Source of the DNA: Elusimicrobiota bacterium
GTDB taxonomy: Bacteria > Elusimicrobiota > Elusimicrobia > UBA1565 > JACRDR01
Length of the DNA: 54,589 nucleotides
Direction of reading: 5' to 3'
Assembly (NCBI GenBank): GCA_041694815.1
Contig: JBGFSC010000054.1
Location: 1-54,589, forward strand
Shown here: piece after piece, positions 1 through 9,371 of the stretch
Position numbering within the stretch: the first letter of the stretch is position 1
Layout: the number at the start of each line of letters is the position of its first letter
The notes under the pieces: model-generated
The model's input: only the letters and a program-made list of their open reading frames with translations
Databases searched by the model: none
What the model was told of the DNA's origin: nothing
Translations under genes and position numbers: made by a program

Positions 1-195
1 GAACGGCCGCGCCGAGCGCGGGAATTCTCGCGAGGAACCTCGAACTTCGTCGCGCGAAGCGCGACGAAGTCCGGCGCCGACACTCCGGTCGGCGCCGTGT
101 CCGTTGTTGGTCCGCTGGATGAACGGCCATTTTTACGCGCTTTGGGCGCGTCGGCTCGGCGCCTGCGGCGCCGAGCTCGGAATACTCGCGAGTAA
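1..195 (-). repeat. Multi-hairpin ~159-bp repeat unit (family A), copy 1, at the window edge
   Basis: Reverse complement of 44-108 is identical (65 bp) to 29648-29712; 110-192 resembles 29722-29800; contains several perfect hairpins. Confidence 0.9.
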
Positions 196-196
196 C

Positions 197-224
197 TTGA
201 AGACCAATGTCGATTTGATATAAT
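197..224 (+). promoter_or_regulatory. Putative sigma70 promoter (TTGAAG-16-TATAAT, extended -10 TG)
   Basis: ttgaag 197-202 and tataat 219-224, with TG one base upstream of the -10; lies just upstream of the cytochrome c ATG at 235. Confidence 0.5.
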
Positions 225-234
225 GCCCGCGCCG

Positions 235-936
235 ATGCGAGTTGTGACGAACTGGTTGCCGATCCTTGCCGCTGGGGTATTGGGCGCATGCGCGAGCCAG
301 GCCGGCCAATCTCAGGCTGATCTAGGCAAGGCCTATTTCGCCGGTTTCGGCTGCGTTAAATGCCATACGGTCGCGGGCTCGGGAGGCCAGTACGGGCCCG
401 ATCTGACCTATATCGGCTTCCGCAAGACCCCGCAATGGCTCGACGCTTGGCTCAAGGACCCGCATGGCTGGAAGCAGGATACGGTCATGCCGAACCTCCA
501 TTTGAACGATTCCGTCCGGGGCGCGTTGGTGGCCTATCTCGGCACGCTTAAGGGTGAGAGCTACCGCGGCTCGCCGCCCTGGGCGAAGGCGGAGCTCGCG
601 CAGGATTCGGTCAAGCGCGGCGAGGCGATCTTCAACTCCGTCGGCTGCGTGGGCTGCCACGGGAAGGCCGGAGTCGGAGGCTATCCCAACAACAACGTGG
701 CGGGCGGGAAAATCCCCGCGCTGACTTTGGTGGCGGACGGATATTCCAAGGACGAGCTCAAGACCAAGATCAAGAACGGGGTCCCGAAGCCCGACAAGGA
801 AGACCCGCGGGGCCCGGACCCGATGATCCACATGCCGTCCTGGGGGCAGGTGCTCCAGGACTCCGAGATCGACGCCCTGGCCGATTATTTGATCTCGCTC
901 AAGCCGAAGGGCCCGGCTTCGAAAGACGATTTCTAA
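235..936 (+). CDS. Dihaem c-type cytochrome, probable lipoprotein
   Basis: Two CxxCH motifs (CVKCH, CVGCH), each followed by an MP axial-Met motif; lipobox-like LGAC; alternative start at 223. Confidence 0.85.
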   Translation: MRVVTNWLPILAAGVLGACASQAGQSQADLGKAYFAGFGCVKCHTVAGSGGQYGPDLTYIGFRKTPQWLDAWLKDPHGWKQDTVMPNLHLNDSVRGALVAYLGTLKGESYRGSPPWAKAELAQDSVKRGEAIFNSVGCVGCHGKAGVGGYPNNNVAGGKIPALTLVADGYSKDELKTKIKNGVPKPDKEDPRGPDPMIHMPSWGQVLQDSEIDALADYLISLKPKGPASKDDF

Positions 937-938
937 TC

Positions 939-1982
939 GTGCCGCCCCACCGCGGCCGAGGCTCGGCCGAAAACCCGCCTAACCGTTTCGAGCGCATCGA
1001 ATACGCGCCGGAGCCGGACGCCGCCGAGGACGAGCGCCCCTCGCCGCGGACCCAGTTCTTCCTAGACAGCACGCGCAGCGCGCTGGCCAAGAACGACAGC
1101 CCGGATATCCCCTTCACCTACAGCCTCAATCCCTATCGCGGCTGCGAACACGGCTGCATCTATTGCTACGCCCGCCCGACCCACGAATACCTGGGCCTTT
1201 CGGCGGGACTCGATTTCGAGACGCGCATCTTCGTGAAGGAAAAGGCCCCCGAGCTTCTGCGGCGCGAACTCTCTTGCGAGCGCTGGCAGCCCCAGACGAT
1301 CTCGATTTCTGGGGTGACTGATCCCTACCAGCCGATCGAGCGCCGGACCGAGCTGACCCGGCGCTGCCTGGCGGTGCTCGCCGAGTTCCGCAACCCTGCC
1401 GCGATCGTCACCAAGAACCGCTTGGTGGCGCGCGACGCGGATATTCTGTCCTCGCTCGCCTCGCATGAGGCCGCGGCGGTGTTTTTGTCGGTCACGACGC
1501 TCGACGCCGAGCTGGCCCGGGTCATGGAGCCGCGGGCCTCGGCCCCGGCCTTGCGCCTGAAGGCGATCGAGGCTCTGGCCAAGGCCGGGGTGCCGGTCGG
1601 CGTGATGGTCGCGCCCATTATCATCGGCTTAAACGACCATGAGATGCCCTCTATCCTCGCGGCGGCCGCGGCCTCCGGGGCGCGCTTTGCGGGATATGTG
1701 CCCGTGCGCCTGCCGTACGGAGTCGCCGAGCTATTCGAGAAATGGCTCCAGAGGCACGAGCCCGCGAAGAAGAAGAAGATACTGAACCAGATTCGCGCGA
1801 TGCGGGGCGGAAGGCTCAACGACCCGAGGTTCGGGTCGCGCATGGAAGGCCAGGGGATATTCGCCGACCATCTGGCGGCGCTTTTTTCGACCGCCTGCCG
1901 CAAGCACGGCTACTCGGAGCGCGGCCCCATGCTTTCCGCAGACGCCTTCAGGCGTCCCACCGACCAGTTATCCCTGTTCTAG
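939..1982 (+). CDS. PA0069/Rv2578c-family radical SAM protein (SplB-like)
   Basis: NPYRGCEHGCIYCYAR CxxxCxxC motif, TDPYQPIE, C-terminal QLSLF clamp-binding-like motif. Confidence 0.9.
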   Translation: MPPHRGRGSAENPPNRFERIEYAPEPDAAEDERPSPRTQFFLDSTRSALAKNDSPDIPFTYSLNPYRGCEHGCIYCYARPTHEYLGLSAGLDFETRIFVKEKAPELLRRELSCERWQPQTISISGVTDPYQPIERRTELTRRCLAVLAEFRNPAAIVTKNRLVARDADILSSLASHEAAAVFLSVTTLDAELARVMEPRASAPALRLKAIEALAKAGVPVGVMVAPIIIGLNDHEMPSILAAAAASGARFAGYVPVRLPYGVAELFEKWLQRHEPAKKKKILNQIRAMRGGRLNDPRFGSRMEGQGIFADHLAALFSTACRKHGYSERGPMLSADAFRRPTDQLSLF

Positions 1983-1987
1983 GGCCC

Positions 1988-2016
1988 TTGACGCCCGCAT
2001 GTTCCGGGGTTAATTT
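1988..2016 (+). promoter_or_regulatory. Putative sigma70 promoter (TTGACG-17-TAATTT)
   Basis: Canonical spacing, just upstream of the M23 gene ATG at 2029. Confidence 0.4.
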
Positions 2017-2028
2017 AATGGAAAGCCT

Positions 2029-2910
2029 ATGCCGCATTGGATTCTACTGTCGGCGCTGGTATTTCTCAATGCGGCGGGATTCGCCCGGAGCGAAATCCCC
2101 GCCGAGGCCGATCCCTTCAACTACCCGATCGCCGACAGGCCGGGCTCCTCCAGGAGCTGGGTGGCGGGGACCTTGGGAGCGCATTCCGGCTATGATTTCT
2201 CGATGCCCTGCGGCACCCCCGTGGCGGCCCTGCGCCGCGGCACCGTGGTGAGGGCGGGCTGGGCGGGCCGCGGAGACCCCACCGGGGTCTTCAGTTTGAT
2301 CCGCTACGAGGACGGGGTGCACGCGATGTTCGCGCATCTGCGCAAGGTCTTGGCCGGCGCCGGCGCACAGGTGTCGGCGGACACCATCATCGGCCTGAGC
2401 GGCAACACGCCGAATCACGCCTGCCACCTCCATCTGGAGCTGCATCAAGGAGACGCCGGCTGGGGGACCTTCGAATCGCTTGTCGACGCCAGTGAGTATT
2501 ACGCGCGTCCGGAGGCCGGAGCCTACCGTTGCCGATGGCAGTCCCAGAGCGTCTCCCCGACGCTCGCCGTCGGCGAGACGGCCGGGATGTGGGTCCAATT
2601 GAAGAATACGGGTCGCGAGGCGTGGGTGCTCGGGGGCCCGTCCGAGGCGAGGCTGGGCGTCGTCGGCGACAGCTTGGAGTTCGCCGACCTCGGCATGGCC
2701 GAGGGATGGGCGCTGCCCAATCGGCCGGCGGCACAATACGAAGAGCGGGTGGAGCCGGGCGAAAACGGGACCTTCATCTTTCCGGTAAAGGGCGCTCGGC
2801 CCGGCGTATTCCGGCTAGCGTTGAGGCCGGTCATCGACGGCGTGACCTGGATGGACGACGAGGGGATATTTTTTGACATTACTGTCCTCAGGGAGCGCCT
2901 TTCTCCATAA
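2029..2910 (+). CDS. Secreted M23 metallopeptidase with C-terminal Ig-like (NBR1-like) domain
   Basis: Signal peptide; HSGYD (HxxxD) and HLH motifs; C-terminal LKNTG..W..VEPGE..TF pattern. Confidence 0.8.
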   Translation: MPHWILLSALVFLNAAGFARSEIPAEADPFNYPIADRPGSSRSWVAGTLGAHSGYDFSMPCGTPVAALRRGTVVRAGWAGRGDPTGVFSLIRYEDGVHAMFAHLRKVLAGAGAQVSADTIIGLSGNTPNHACHLHLELHQGDAGWGTFESLVDASEYYARPEAGAYRCRWQSQSVSPTLAVGETAGMWVQLKNTGREAWVLGGPSEARLGVVGDSLEFADLGMAEGWALPNRPAAQYEERVEPGENGTFIFPVKGARPGVFRLALRPVIDGVTWMDDEGIFFDITVLRERLSP

Positions 2911-3864
2911 AGAGGATATCAGGTAATCCTTAAGCCGCGCCTTCGGCGCCCATGCGGCTGGCGAGGGGGCAAGGCCGCGCAGCAGGCCTCTGCGAAGCTC
3001 GAGCGCGATCCGATGATGCGTGATGGAATGCCGCACCGTTTTTATCCGCGGCCCCACCCGCGCCGCGCCTGCGAGCTGCCGGGCCTCCGGCAGGCCCCAG
3101 TGTCCCGGCAAAAAGCGCTCCTTGGCCGAGCGCCTCCAGAGCAGCACCTTGCCGTCCTGCTCGATCCAAAGGCTTTTCCAAGACAGGCGAACGGGAGCCT
3201 TGCGAGGGCCCATGTTAGGAAGAACATCCTCGAGGCCATCGGCTCTCGCCGCGCAGCGACGAAGGAGGGGGCAATCGCCGCATCGGGGCGACTCGGGCAG
3301 GCAGATCAGCGCCCCCAATTCCATCAACGCCTGGTTCCAGTCCCCGGGGCGTTTGGCGTCCAGCAGCATCCGCGCCCTTTCCCAAAGCTCCTTTTGCGCG
3401 GAAGGGGATTTGACGTTCCTTTTGAGCCCGAATAGCCGGGAGAATACCCTGGCGACATTGCCGTCGACAACGGGATACGGCTTTCCGAAGGCGATCGACA
3501 AAATCGCCCCGGCGGTATAGCGGCCGATGCCCGGCAAGGCCAGGACGGAGTCGAAATCTTCCGGGAAGCGCCCGCCGTGGCGCTCGAGCAGCTCGCGGGC
3601 GGCTCGGCGCAGGTTCCGGGCCCGTGAATAATAGCCCAATCCGGCCCAGGCTTTCAGAACCGTTCGCTCGGGCGCGCGGGCCAGGGCCCGGAGGGTCGGG
3701 AAGCGCCTGAGGAAGCGATCGTAATACGGCAGCACCGTGCTCACCTGCGTCTGCTGCAGCATGATCTCGGAGATCCAGACGCGGTAAGGCGTCGGCTTTT
3801 CGCGCCAGGGCAGGCGGCGCCGGTTCTTATCGTACCAGCGGAGCAGGGCCCGCTGCAGGGTCAT
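2815..3864 (-). CDS. mutY: A/G-specific adenine glycosylase
   Basis: WISEIMLQQTQV, WAGLGYYSRARNL, HhH LPGIGRYTA, [4Fe-4S] C-x6-C-x2-C-x5-C. Confidence 0.95.
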   Translation of the reverse strand: MTLQRALLRWYDKNRRRLPWREKPTPYRVWISEIMLQQTQVSTVLPYYDRFLRRFPTLRALARAPERTVLKAWAGLGYYSRARNLRRAARELLERHGGRFPEDFDSVLALPGIGRYTAGAILSIAFGKPYPVVDGNVARVFSRLFGLKRNVKSPSAQKELWERARMLLDAKRPGDWNQALMELGALICLPESPRCGDCPLLRRCAARADGLEDVLPNMGPRKAPVRLSWKSLWIEQDGKVLLWRRSAKERFLPGHWGLPEARQLAGAARVGPRIKTVRHSITHHRIALELRRGLLRGLAPSPAAWAPKARLKDYLISSLWRKALPEDSNVKKYPLVVHPGHAVDDRPQR

Positions 3865-4841
3865 GCCCGCGGCAGCAGAAGGCCGATCTTTTCCTTGGCG
3901 AACTCGAGCGTGGGTTGCGCGATCTCGCGGGCGCGCTCGGCGCCCAGGGAGAGCTCCCGCCGGATCTGCTCGGGCCCGATCTCGGCGCGCCGCTGGCGCA
4001 TCGGCTTGAGATAGGCGAGCAGCGCCCGCGCCACAGCGTCCTTGAGGTCGACGTACTTGAGGGTCCCTTCCTTCTGCTCGGCCAGGAGCTGGGTGGCCGT
4101 TCGAGGGTCGGTTTCCTCAAGCAGGAGCAGGAGATTGCGTACTCCAGGGGCGATGTCCTCGCCGGCGGAGGTGGCTGTCACGGCCGAGCGTATCTTTTGC
4201 CGGATCGAATCCTCGGCCTCGAATACGCCCACGACATGCTTTTCCCCGGCGGACTTCGACATCTTCCTTGAGGGGTCGGCCAACGACATGACCCGCGGCG
4301 TGCGGGTGGTCAAGGGCGCCGGCTCGGGGAAGGTCTCGCCGAAGCGCTGGTTGAAGCGGCGGGCGATGCTGCGCGAGAGCTCCAGGTGCTGCAGTTGGTC
4401 CTCCCCGACGGGGACATGAGTGGCCTTATAGAGCAGTATGTCGGCCGCCATCAGGGTGGGGTAGGTGAAGAGGGCCGCGCTGACGAATTCCCGCGAGTCG
4501 GACTTCTCCTTGAACTGAGTCATCCGGGTCAGGTCGCCGTAGGCCGTCACCGAGGACAGGATCCAGGCGAGCTCGGTGTGCTGCGGCAATTGCGATTGGA
4601 GGAAGAGGCGGCCCTCGCCGCCTACACCGCAGGCGAGCAGGTCGGCCGCGAGCTCCAGCGAGCGCGCGGCGAGAGTGGCGTTATCCTGCTCCGCCGTGAT
4701 GGCGTGGTAGTCGACGATGGAATAGAGGCATTCCGTCTGCGGCTCTTGCTGCAGCGCGGCCCATTGCCGGACAGCCCCGAGATAATTGCCGAGATGCAGC
4801 GGGCCCGTCGGCTGTATCCCCGAGAGAATGCGCCGTTTCAC
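3861..4841 (-). CDS. trpS: Tryptophan--tRNA ligase
   Basis: SGIQPTG.LHLGNYLGA, VPVGEDQ.QH and KMSKS motifs. Confidence 0.97.
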   Translation of the reverse strand: MKRRILSGIQPTGPLHLGNYLGAVRQWAALQQEPQTECLYSIVDYHAITAEQDNATLAARSLELAADLLACGVGGEGRLFLQSQLPQHTELAWILSSVTAYGDLTRMTQFKEKSDSREFVSAALFTYPTLMAADILLYKATHVPVGEDQLQHLELSRSIARRFNQRFGETFPEPAPLTTRTPRVMSLADPSRKMSKSAGEKHVVGVFEAEDSIRQKIRSAVTATSAGEDIAPGVRNLLLLLEETDPRTATQLLAEQKEGTLKYVDLKDAVARALLAYLKPMRQRRAEIGPEQIRRELSLGAERAREIAQPTLEFAKEKIGLLLPRA

Positions 4842-5227
4842 GGCGCTGCCGCCAGGGGAGGGTGGTGGATGAATTGGATCAGGTTGCCCTCCGGATCCTC
4901 GGCGTAGAAGGAACGGGAGCCGTCTCGATGCGTCTTGGGCTCCTTGGCTAGGGTGACTCCGGCGGCCCTAAGTCGCGCGGCCCAGGCATCCACGTCCTCG
5001 GGTTTTCTCAGGCAGAGGCCGAAATGATCCAGGGCCCCGGGCCTTAGTACCTTTTCCTCGCGGTGCAGGGCCAGGTTGTCGGAGCCGAGCGTCAAGTAGA
5101 CGTTGTCGGCGTCCGGCCTCCATTCGACGCGGTAGCCCAGGAGCCCTACGTAGAAATCCTCGCTTTTCTTGAGGTCCCGCACCCGAATCGCGACGTGCCG
5201 GATGCCGAGTGGGACCGGCGCGGTCAT
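4838..5227 (-). CDS. VOC/glyoxalase family protein
   Basis: IRHVAIRVRDL..SEDFY, DHFGL, FYAEDPEGN; start at MTAPVP, coupled to the upstream stop. Confidence 0.85.
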   Translation of the reverse strand: MTAPVPLGIRHVAIRVRDLKKSEDFYVGLLGYRVEWRPDADNVYLTLGSDNLALHREEKVLRPGALDHFGLCLRKPEDVDAWAARLRAAGVTLAKEPKTHRDGSRSFYAEDPEGNLIQFIHHPPLAAAP

Positions 5228-5517
5228 GGGCTGACCAAAAGGTTGGCTACGACCTGCTCGACGCCGGGGACTTTGCGGGCGATGCGTGCCATCGCGCGCT
5301 TGTCGGCCTCCGAACGGACGATGCCCGAGAGCGTGACGACTCCGACATGCACGTCGATGTCTACGGTCCGCAGGTCCAAGGTCCCGTCGGCCTTGAGGGC
5401 GTGGATGAGTCGCGCGCGGATGGCCGGGTCGCTGGTATCCTCGTGCGAGACGGCGCCGGCGCAGGCCGCTAAGATCGCCAGCAACGAGACGGCTAAAAGA
5501 CGCAACGGCTGCTTCAT
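5224..5517 (-). CDS. BON-domain lipoprotein
   Basis: Lipobox LAAC; D.AI..RL...L, IDVHVGVVTLSG, VPGVEQVVANL. Confidence 0.85.
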   Translation of the reverse strand: MKQPLRLLAVSLLAILAACAGAVSHEDTSDPAIRARLIHALKADGTLDLRTVDIDVHVGVVTLSGIVRSEADKRAMARIARKVPGVEQVVANLLVSP

Positions 5518-5563
5518 TGTGGTCAAATCGGAGAGATTGTACAATTTCCCTGGTCCCCTCGCC

Positions 5564-6277
5564 ATGCCGACCCCGATCCTGTTGGCCACCCGCAACGCGC
5601 ATAAGGCCGCCGAAATAGCGGCGATGGTGAAGGGATTGGACTTCCAGTGGAAATCATTGCGGGACTTTCCTGAAATTGAGGAAGTCGAGGAAGATGGCAG
5701 TACCCTGGAGGAAAATGCCGCCAAGAAGGCGCTGCTGCCGGCCCGCGAGTCTGGTCTCTGGGCCATGGCCGACGATACCGGCCTGGAGGTCGATGCGCTT
5801 GCCGGCGCTCCCGGAGTCCGCTCGGCACGCTACGCCGGGCCTGGAGCGGATTATGAGGCCAACAACAGCAAGCTTCTGTCGGCGCTCGAGGGGACGCGGG
5901 AGAGAAGCGCGCGCTTTCGTTGCGTCATCGCACTAGCTTCGCCCGCGGGCCAAGTGGTCATGGAGCAGGGGTCGATCGAAGGCGTCATTGCGGCGGCTCC
6001 CCGCGGCCGTAGTGGCTTCGGCTACGACCCACTTTTTCTGCTCCCCAGTCTCGGCAAGACGCTGGCCGAGCTATCGCCCGAGGAGAAAAACCGCCTGAGC
6101 CATCGGGCGCTGGCTTTGGGCCGGATGCGTCCGCATCTGGAACGCCTGGCCGCGGGCGATGAAGGAAAAAACGGGCGCCATTCATCGCAATGCCCGCGCT
6201 GCGGGCTGGCCATGGACCCATGGCATTGCCGCGAGCTCTGCCCTGGCTGCGGCTATCAAATCGATTGCAGCGACTGA
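5564..6277 (+). CDS. rdgB: Non-canonical purine NTP pyrophosphatase (RdgB/HAM1) with C-terminal Cys4 zinc ribbon
   Basis: ATRNAHK, ADDTGLEVDAL.GAPGVRSARYAG, GFGYDP, KNRLSHR; tail CPRCG...CPGCG. Confidence 0.9.
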   Translation: MPTPILLATRNAHKAAEIAAMVKGLDFQWKSLRDFPEIEEVEEDGSTLEENAAKKALLPARESGLWAMADDTGLEVDALAGAPGVRSARYAGPGADYEANNSKLLSALEGTRERSARFRCVIALASPAGQVVMEQGSIEGVIAAAPRGRSGFGYDPLFLLPSLGKTLAELSPEEKNRLSHRALALGRMRPHLERLAAGDEGKNGRHSSQCPRCGLAMDPWHCRELCPGCGYQIDCSD

Positions 6278-7986
6278 TGATCCACCGCTTGGCGGCCGTA
6301 TTGATGCTAATGGCATTTAGGTCCCTGTCGGAGGCCAAGGCGACGCCGGAGCCGGGGCAGCAGACGGTTTGGGACCAGATCATGGCCGCGCAGTCGACGC
6401 GCGACCTGCGCCGCGGCTACGAGCATATGCACAGGCGCCGCTACGACGCGGCGATTAAGGAGTTCGCTAAGGCCGTCGTCTCCAACCCTAGCGAGCCTCT
6501 CGGCCACCTGATGCTCGGCTCCGCTTACTATTGGGCGGGGCAGATTCCCATGGCGGAGGCGGAATTCCGAGAGGCGCTGCGACTCGATCCTAAGAGCGCC
6601 CAGGGGCATTTGCTCATGGGGATCGTCCATGCCTGGAGGGGGGAGGGAGAGCCGGCCTATGAGGCGTTCCAGCGGGCCGCCGCGCTAGACCCCGAGCGCG
6701 CCGACATCCAGATGAACCTCGGCTCGATGGAGGAGACCTTCGGGCAGTACGCGAAGGCAATGTCCCATTTCCGCAAGGCGGTGCTCCTGGAGCCGCAGAA
6801 CCCGCTCTACCATTTCCAGATGGGCATGCTCTACCGCCGCCTGGGAAGGGATTCGGACGCGATCGAGTCGCTGCGGCTGGCTTTGAAATATTTCCCTCAA
6901 TTCGAGGATGCCCTGCTGGAGCTGGGCGCGGCCCTGGAGCGCTCGGGTCAGAACGCCGAGGCGCTGGAGATGTTCGAGAAGGCCGTCAAGCTCAAGGCCC
7001 GCGACGCCGTGGCCCGTTTCCGTCTCGGGAGGGCGTATCTCTTGGGCAAGGACCGCAGGCGGGCGCGGGCGGTGTTCGCCGATGCTTTCCACCTCACCCC
7101 CGAGGACAATCAAGGAGGATTGGCTCTCTCCGTTTCTTACGGAGGCGCGCCGGCGCCTCCCAAGCCCGGCCGGGACGGGAAGCCGCCGCCGGATTTCCGG
7201 ACGCAGCAGCCGGAATACCCGCAGAACACGACGGATCCGCTGGAGGTGCTCGCGCGCAATCTCGAGAGAATACCCCTTGACCAAGAAGCCCAGCTGCAAG
7301 TGGAGATGGCCTTCGTCCCTAAGCCCAAGCTGACCCGAGCGAAGGTGGACGAGACGCCTTCCTCGCTCAAGAAGGCCTTGGCCGAGGCCGGACGGGCCCG
7401 TCCGTCGGCGATGGGCGTCGACAGGCAATTCGTACTCAAGGCTTCCGATGCGGCGGGCCATGACGCCCAGGTCCGCAAGATCGTCAAGGAGCTGCGCGAG
7501 CTCATGCGCCAGGCGCCGCCCGACACGGACGTCCGCCTCGGCATGAACCTGCGCTACGTCAAGCCGCAGGAGGGTGCGGCCTCCCGCGCGAATTCCGAGG
7601 AACGGCCCAAGGTATCCTATCAGCCGCGGCAGGTCGGCAATGACATGGGCCTCTGGGTGATGGGTACGGGCTGGATGGCATTAGTCGAGGAGGAGCTCCC
7701 CGGCCCCGGCGAGAAGCCGCAGCACCCCGACGAGGCCGACTGGTGGGTGTCGACAGGGCTCGGCGAGGCCGCGCTAGGCAATGGGGCCTCCGCGCTCGCC
7801 GCCTTCAACCGCGCCATCGAGCTCAACCCCCGCGACGAGCTGGCCTGGCTGGGCCGCGGGGTTGCGATGGTCGAAAGCGGAAGGGAGGAGGAAGCGGTGG
7901 CGGCCTATCGCAAGGCCTTGGAGATCAACCCGAAAAGCCGCTCGGCGCGCGACGGGCTCAAATGGCTCATGAGGCCCGCACGATGA
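6277..7986 (+). CDS. Exported tetratricopeptide repeat protein
   Basis: Signal peptide; multiple TPR-type repeats at both termini; ATG overlaps the rdgB stop. Confidence 0.85.
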   Translation: MIHRLAAVLMLMAFRSLSEAKATPEPGQQTVWDQIMAAQSTRDLRRGYEHMHRRRYDAAIKEFAKAVVSNPSEPLGHLMLGSAYYWAGQIPMAEAEFREALRLDPKSAQGHLLMGIVHAWRGEGEPAYEAFQRAAALDPERADIQMNLGSMEETFGQYAKAMSHFRKAVLLEPQNPLYHFQMGMLYRRLGRDSDAIESLRLALKYFPQFEDALLELGAALERSGQNAEALEMFEKAVKLKARDAVARFRLGRAYLLGKDRRRARAVFADAFHLTPEDNQGGLALSVSYGGAPAPPKPGRDGKPPPDFRTQQPEYPQNTTDPLEVLARNLERIPLDQEAQLQVEMAFVPKPKLTRAKVDETPSSLKKALAEAGRARPSAMGVDRQFVLKASDAAGHDAQVRKIVKELRELMRQAPPDTDVRLGMNLRYVKPQEGAASRANSEERPKVSYQPRQVGNDMGLWVMGTGWMALVEEELPGPGEKPQHPDEADWWVSTGLGEAALGNGASALAAFNRAIELNPRDELAWLGRGVAMVESGREEEAVAAYRKALEINPKSRSARDGLKWLMRPAR

Positions 7987-9371
7987 GGGCGGCTATGGAC
8001 GGGATGGTGCGGCGCGTCCATTTCGTCGGCATCGGGGGAGTGGGGATGAGCGCCGTCGCGGAGCTGCTCGTCAATCTGGGCTACCGGGTGTCGGGTTCGG
8101 ATTTGAAGGCCAGCGAATTGACGCGCCGTCTGGCGTCGGCCGGCGCCAGGATTTTCGCGGGGCACCGCGCCTCCCATGCCGCGGGCGCCGACGTGCTGGT
8201 CGTGAGCTCGGCGGTCGGCCGGGACAATCCCGAGCTCGCCTTCGCCCGCCGCCGCAGGATCCCCGTCATCGCGCGCGCCCAGATGCTCGCCGAGCTCGCC
8301 CGACTCAAGAAAACCGTCACCGTTTCAGGTTCGCATGGTAAGACCACGACCACCTCGATGGTGTCGATGGCTTTGCGCGGCGCGGGTGCGGACCCGACGA
8401 TGATCATCGGCGGACAACTCAAGAATATCGGCTCCAACGCGAGGCTGGGCCTGGGCGATTACCTCGTCGCCGAGGCGGATGAGTCGGACGGCTCCTTCCT
8501 GCGCCTATCCCCGCTGGTGGCGGTCGTCACCAACGTCGACAATGATCACTTGGATTTCTATAAGACCTTCGAGAACTTAAAGGTAGCCTTCCATTCCCAT
8601 CTGGAACAGGTGCCGTTCTACGGGGCGGCGGTCTTGTGCGCCGACGATCCTTTCTTAAACGCCGTGGCCGCGCGGGCGGATCGCCGGGTTGTGAGCTACG
8701 GGATCCGCTCCCGCGCTGATTGGCAGGCGAGGCATCTGCGCTTGTCGGCCGAAGGCTCCTGCTTCGACTTATTCCATCGGGGGCGCCGCCGGGGACAGGC
8801 GCGCTTGAGGGTGGCCGGTAGGCATAACGTACTCAACGCGCTCGCGGCGATAGCTGCCGGCGACTTCCTGGGTTTTCCGCTCAAGGGACTTCTCAAGGGA
8901 CTTGGGGAATTCGATGGGGTGGGCCGCCGTCTCGAACGCTTGGGCGAGGCCAAGGGGATATCCTTCATCGACGATTACGGGCATCACCCGACGGAAATAC
9001 GCGCCACGCTGGAGGCGGTCTCCCGGCTCTGGGGAGGCAAGCGGGTGATCGCGCTTTTCCAACCGCATCGCTACAGCCGCACCAAGCTCCTGCAGGAGGA
9101 GTTCGGGCCGGCCTTCGAGCGTGCCGATCGCGTGTACGTCACCGATATCTATCCCGCAGGAGAGAAGCCGATCCCCGGAGTCAGTTCCGCCCTGATCCTT
9201 CGCTCGCTTGAACGCCGCGGAGTGGACGCGCGGCCATGGACCCGCGCGGTGGACGTCGCGCGCGAGCTCAGGGCCGGGGACGTGGTCGTGACGGTGGGTG
9301 CCGGGGACGTCTGGAAGATTGGTGAGGACCTGCTGCGCCGCGTCAAGGACGGGGTCTTGTCCCCTGTTTGA
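7983..9371 (+). CDS. murC: UDP-N-acetylmuramate--L-alanine ligase
   Basis: HFVGIGGVGMS, GSHGKTTTT, EADESDGSF, DDYGHHPTEI, FQPHRYSRT. Confidence 0.96.
   Translation: MRAAMDGMVRRVHFVGIGGVGMSAVAELLVNLGYRVSGSDLKASELTRRLASAGARIFAGHRASHAAGADVLVVSSAVGRDNPELAFARRRRIPVIARAQMLAELARLKKTVTVSGSHGKTTTTSMVSMALRGAGADPTMIIGGQLKNIGSNARLGLGDYLVAEADESDGSFLRLSPLVAVVTNVDNDHLDFYKTFENLKVAFHSHLEQVPFYGAAVLCADDPFLNAVAARADRRVVSYGIRSRADWQARHLRLSAEGSCFDLFHRGRRRGQARLRVAGRHNVLNALAAIAAGDFLGFPLKGLLKGLGEFDGVGRRLERLGEAKGISFIDDYGHHPTEIRATLEAVSRLWGGKRVIALFQPHRYSRTKLLQEEFGPAFERADRVYVTDIYPAGEKPIPGVSSALILRSLERRGVDARPWTRAVDVARELRAGDVVVTVGAGDVWKIGEDLLRRVKDGVLSPV

Noticed and set aside
1..195. CRISPR array
   Set aside because: No regular repeat-spacer periodicity and no cas genes; this is a hairpin mosaic repeat.
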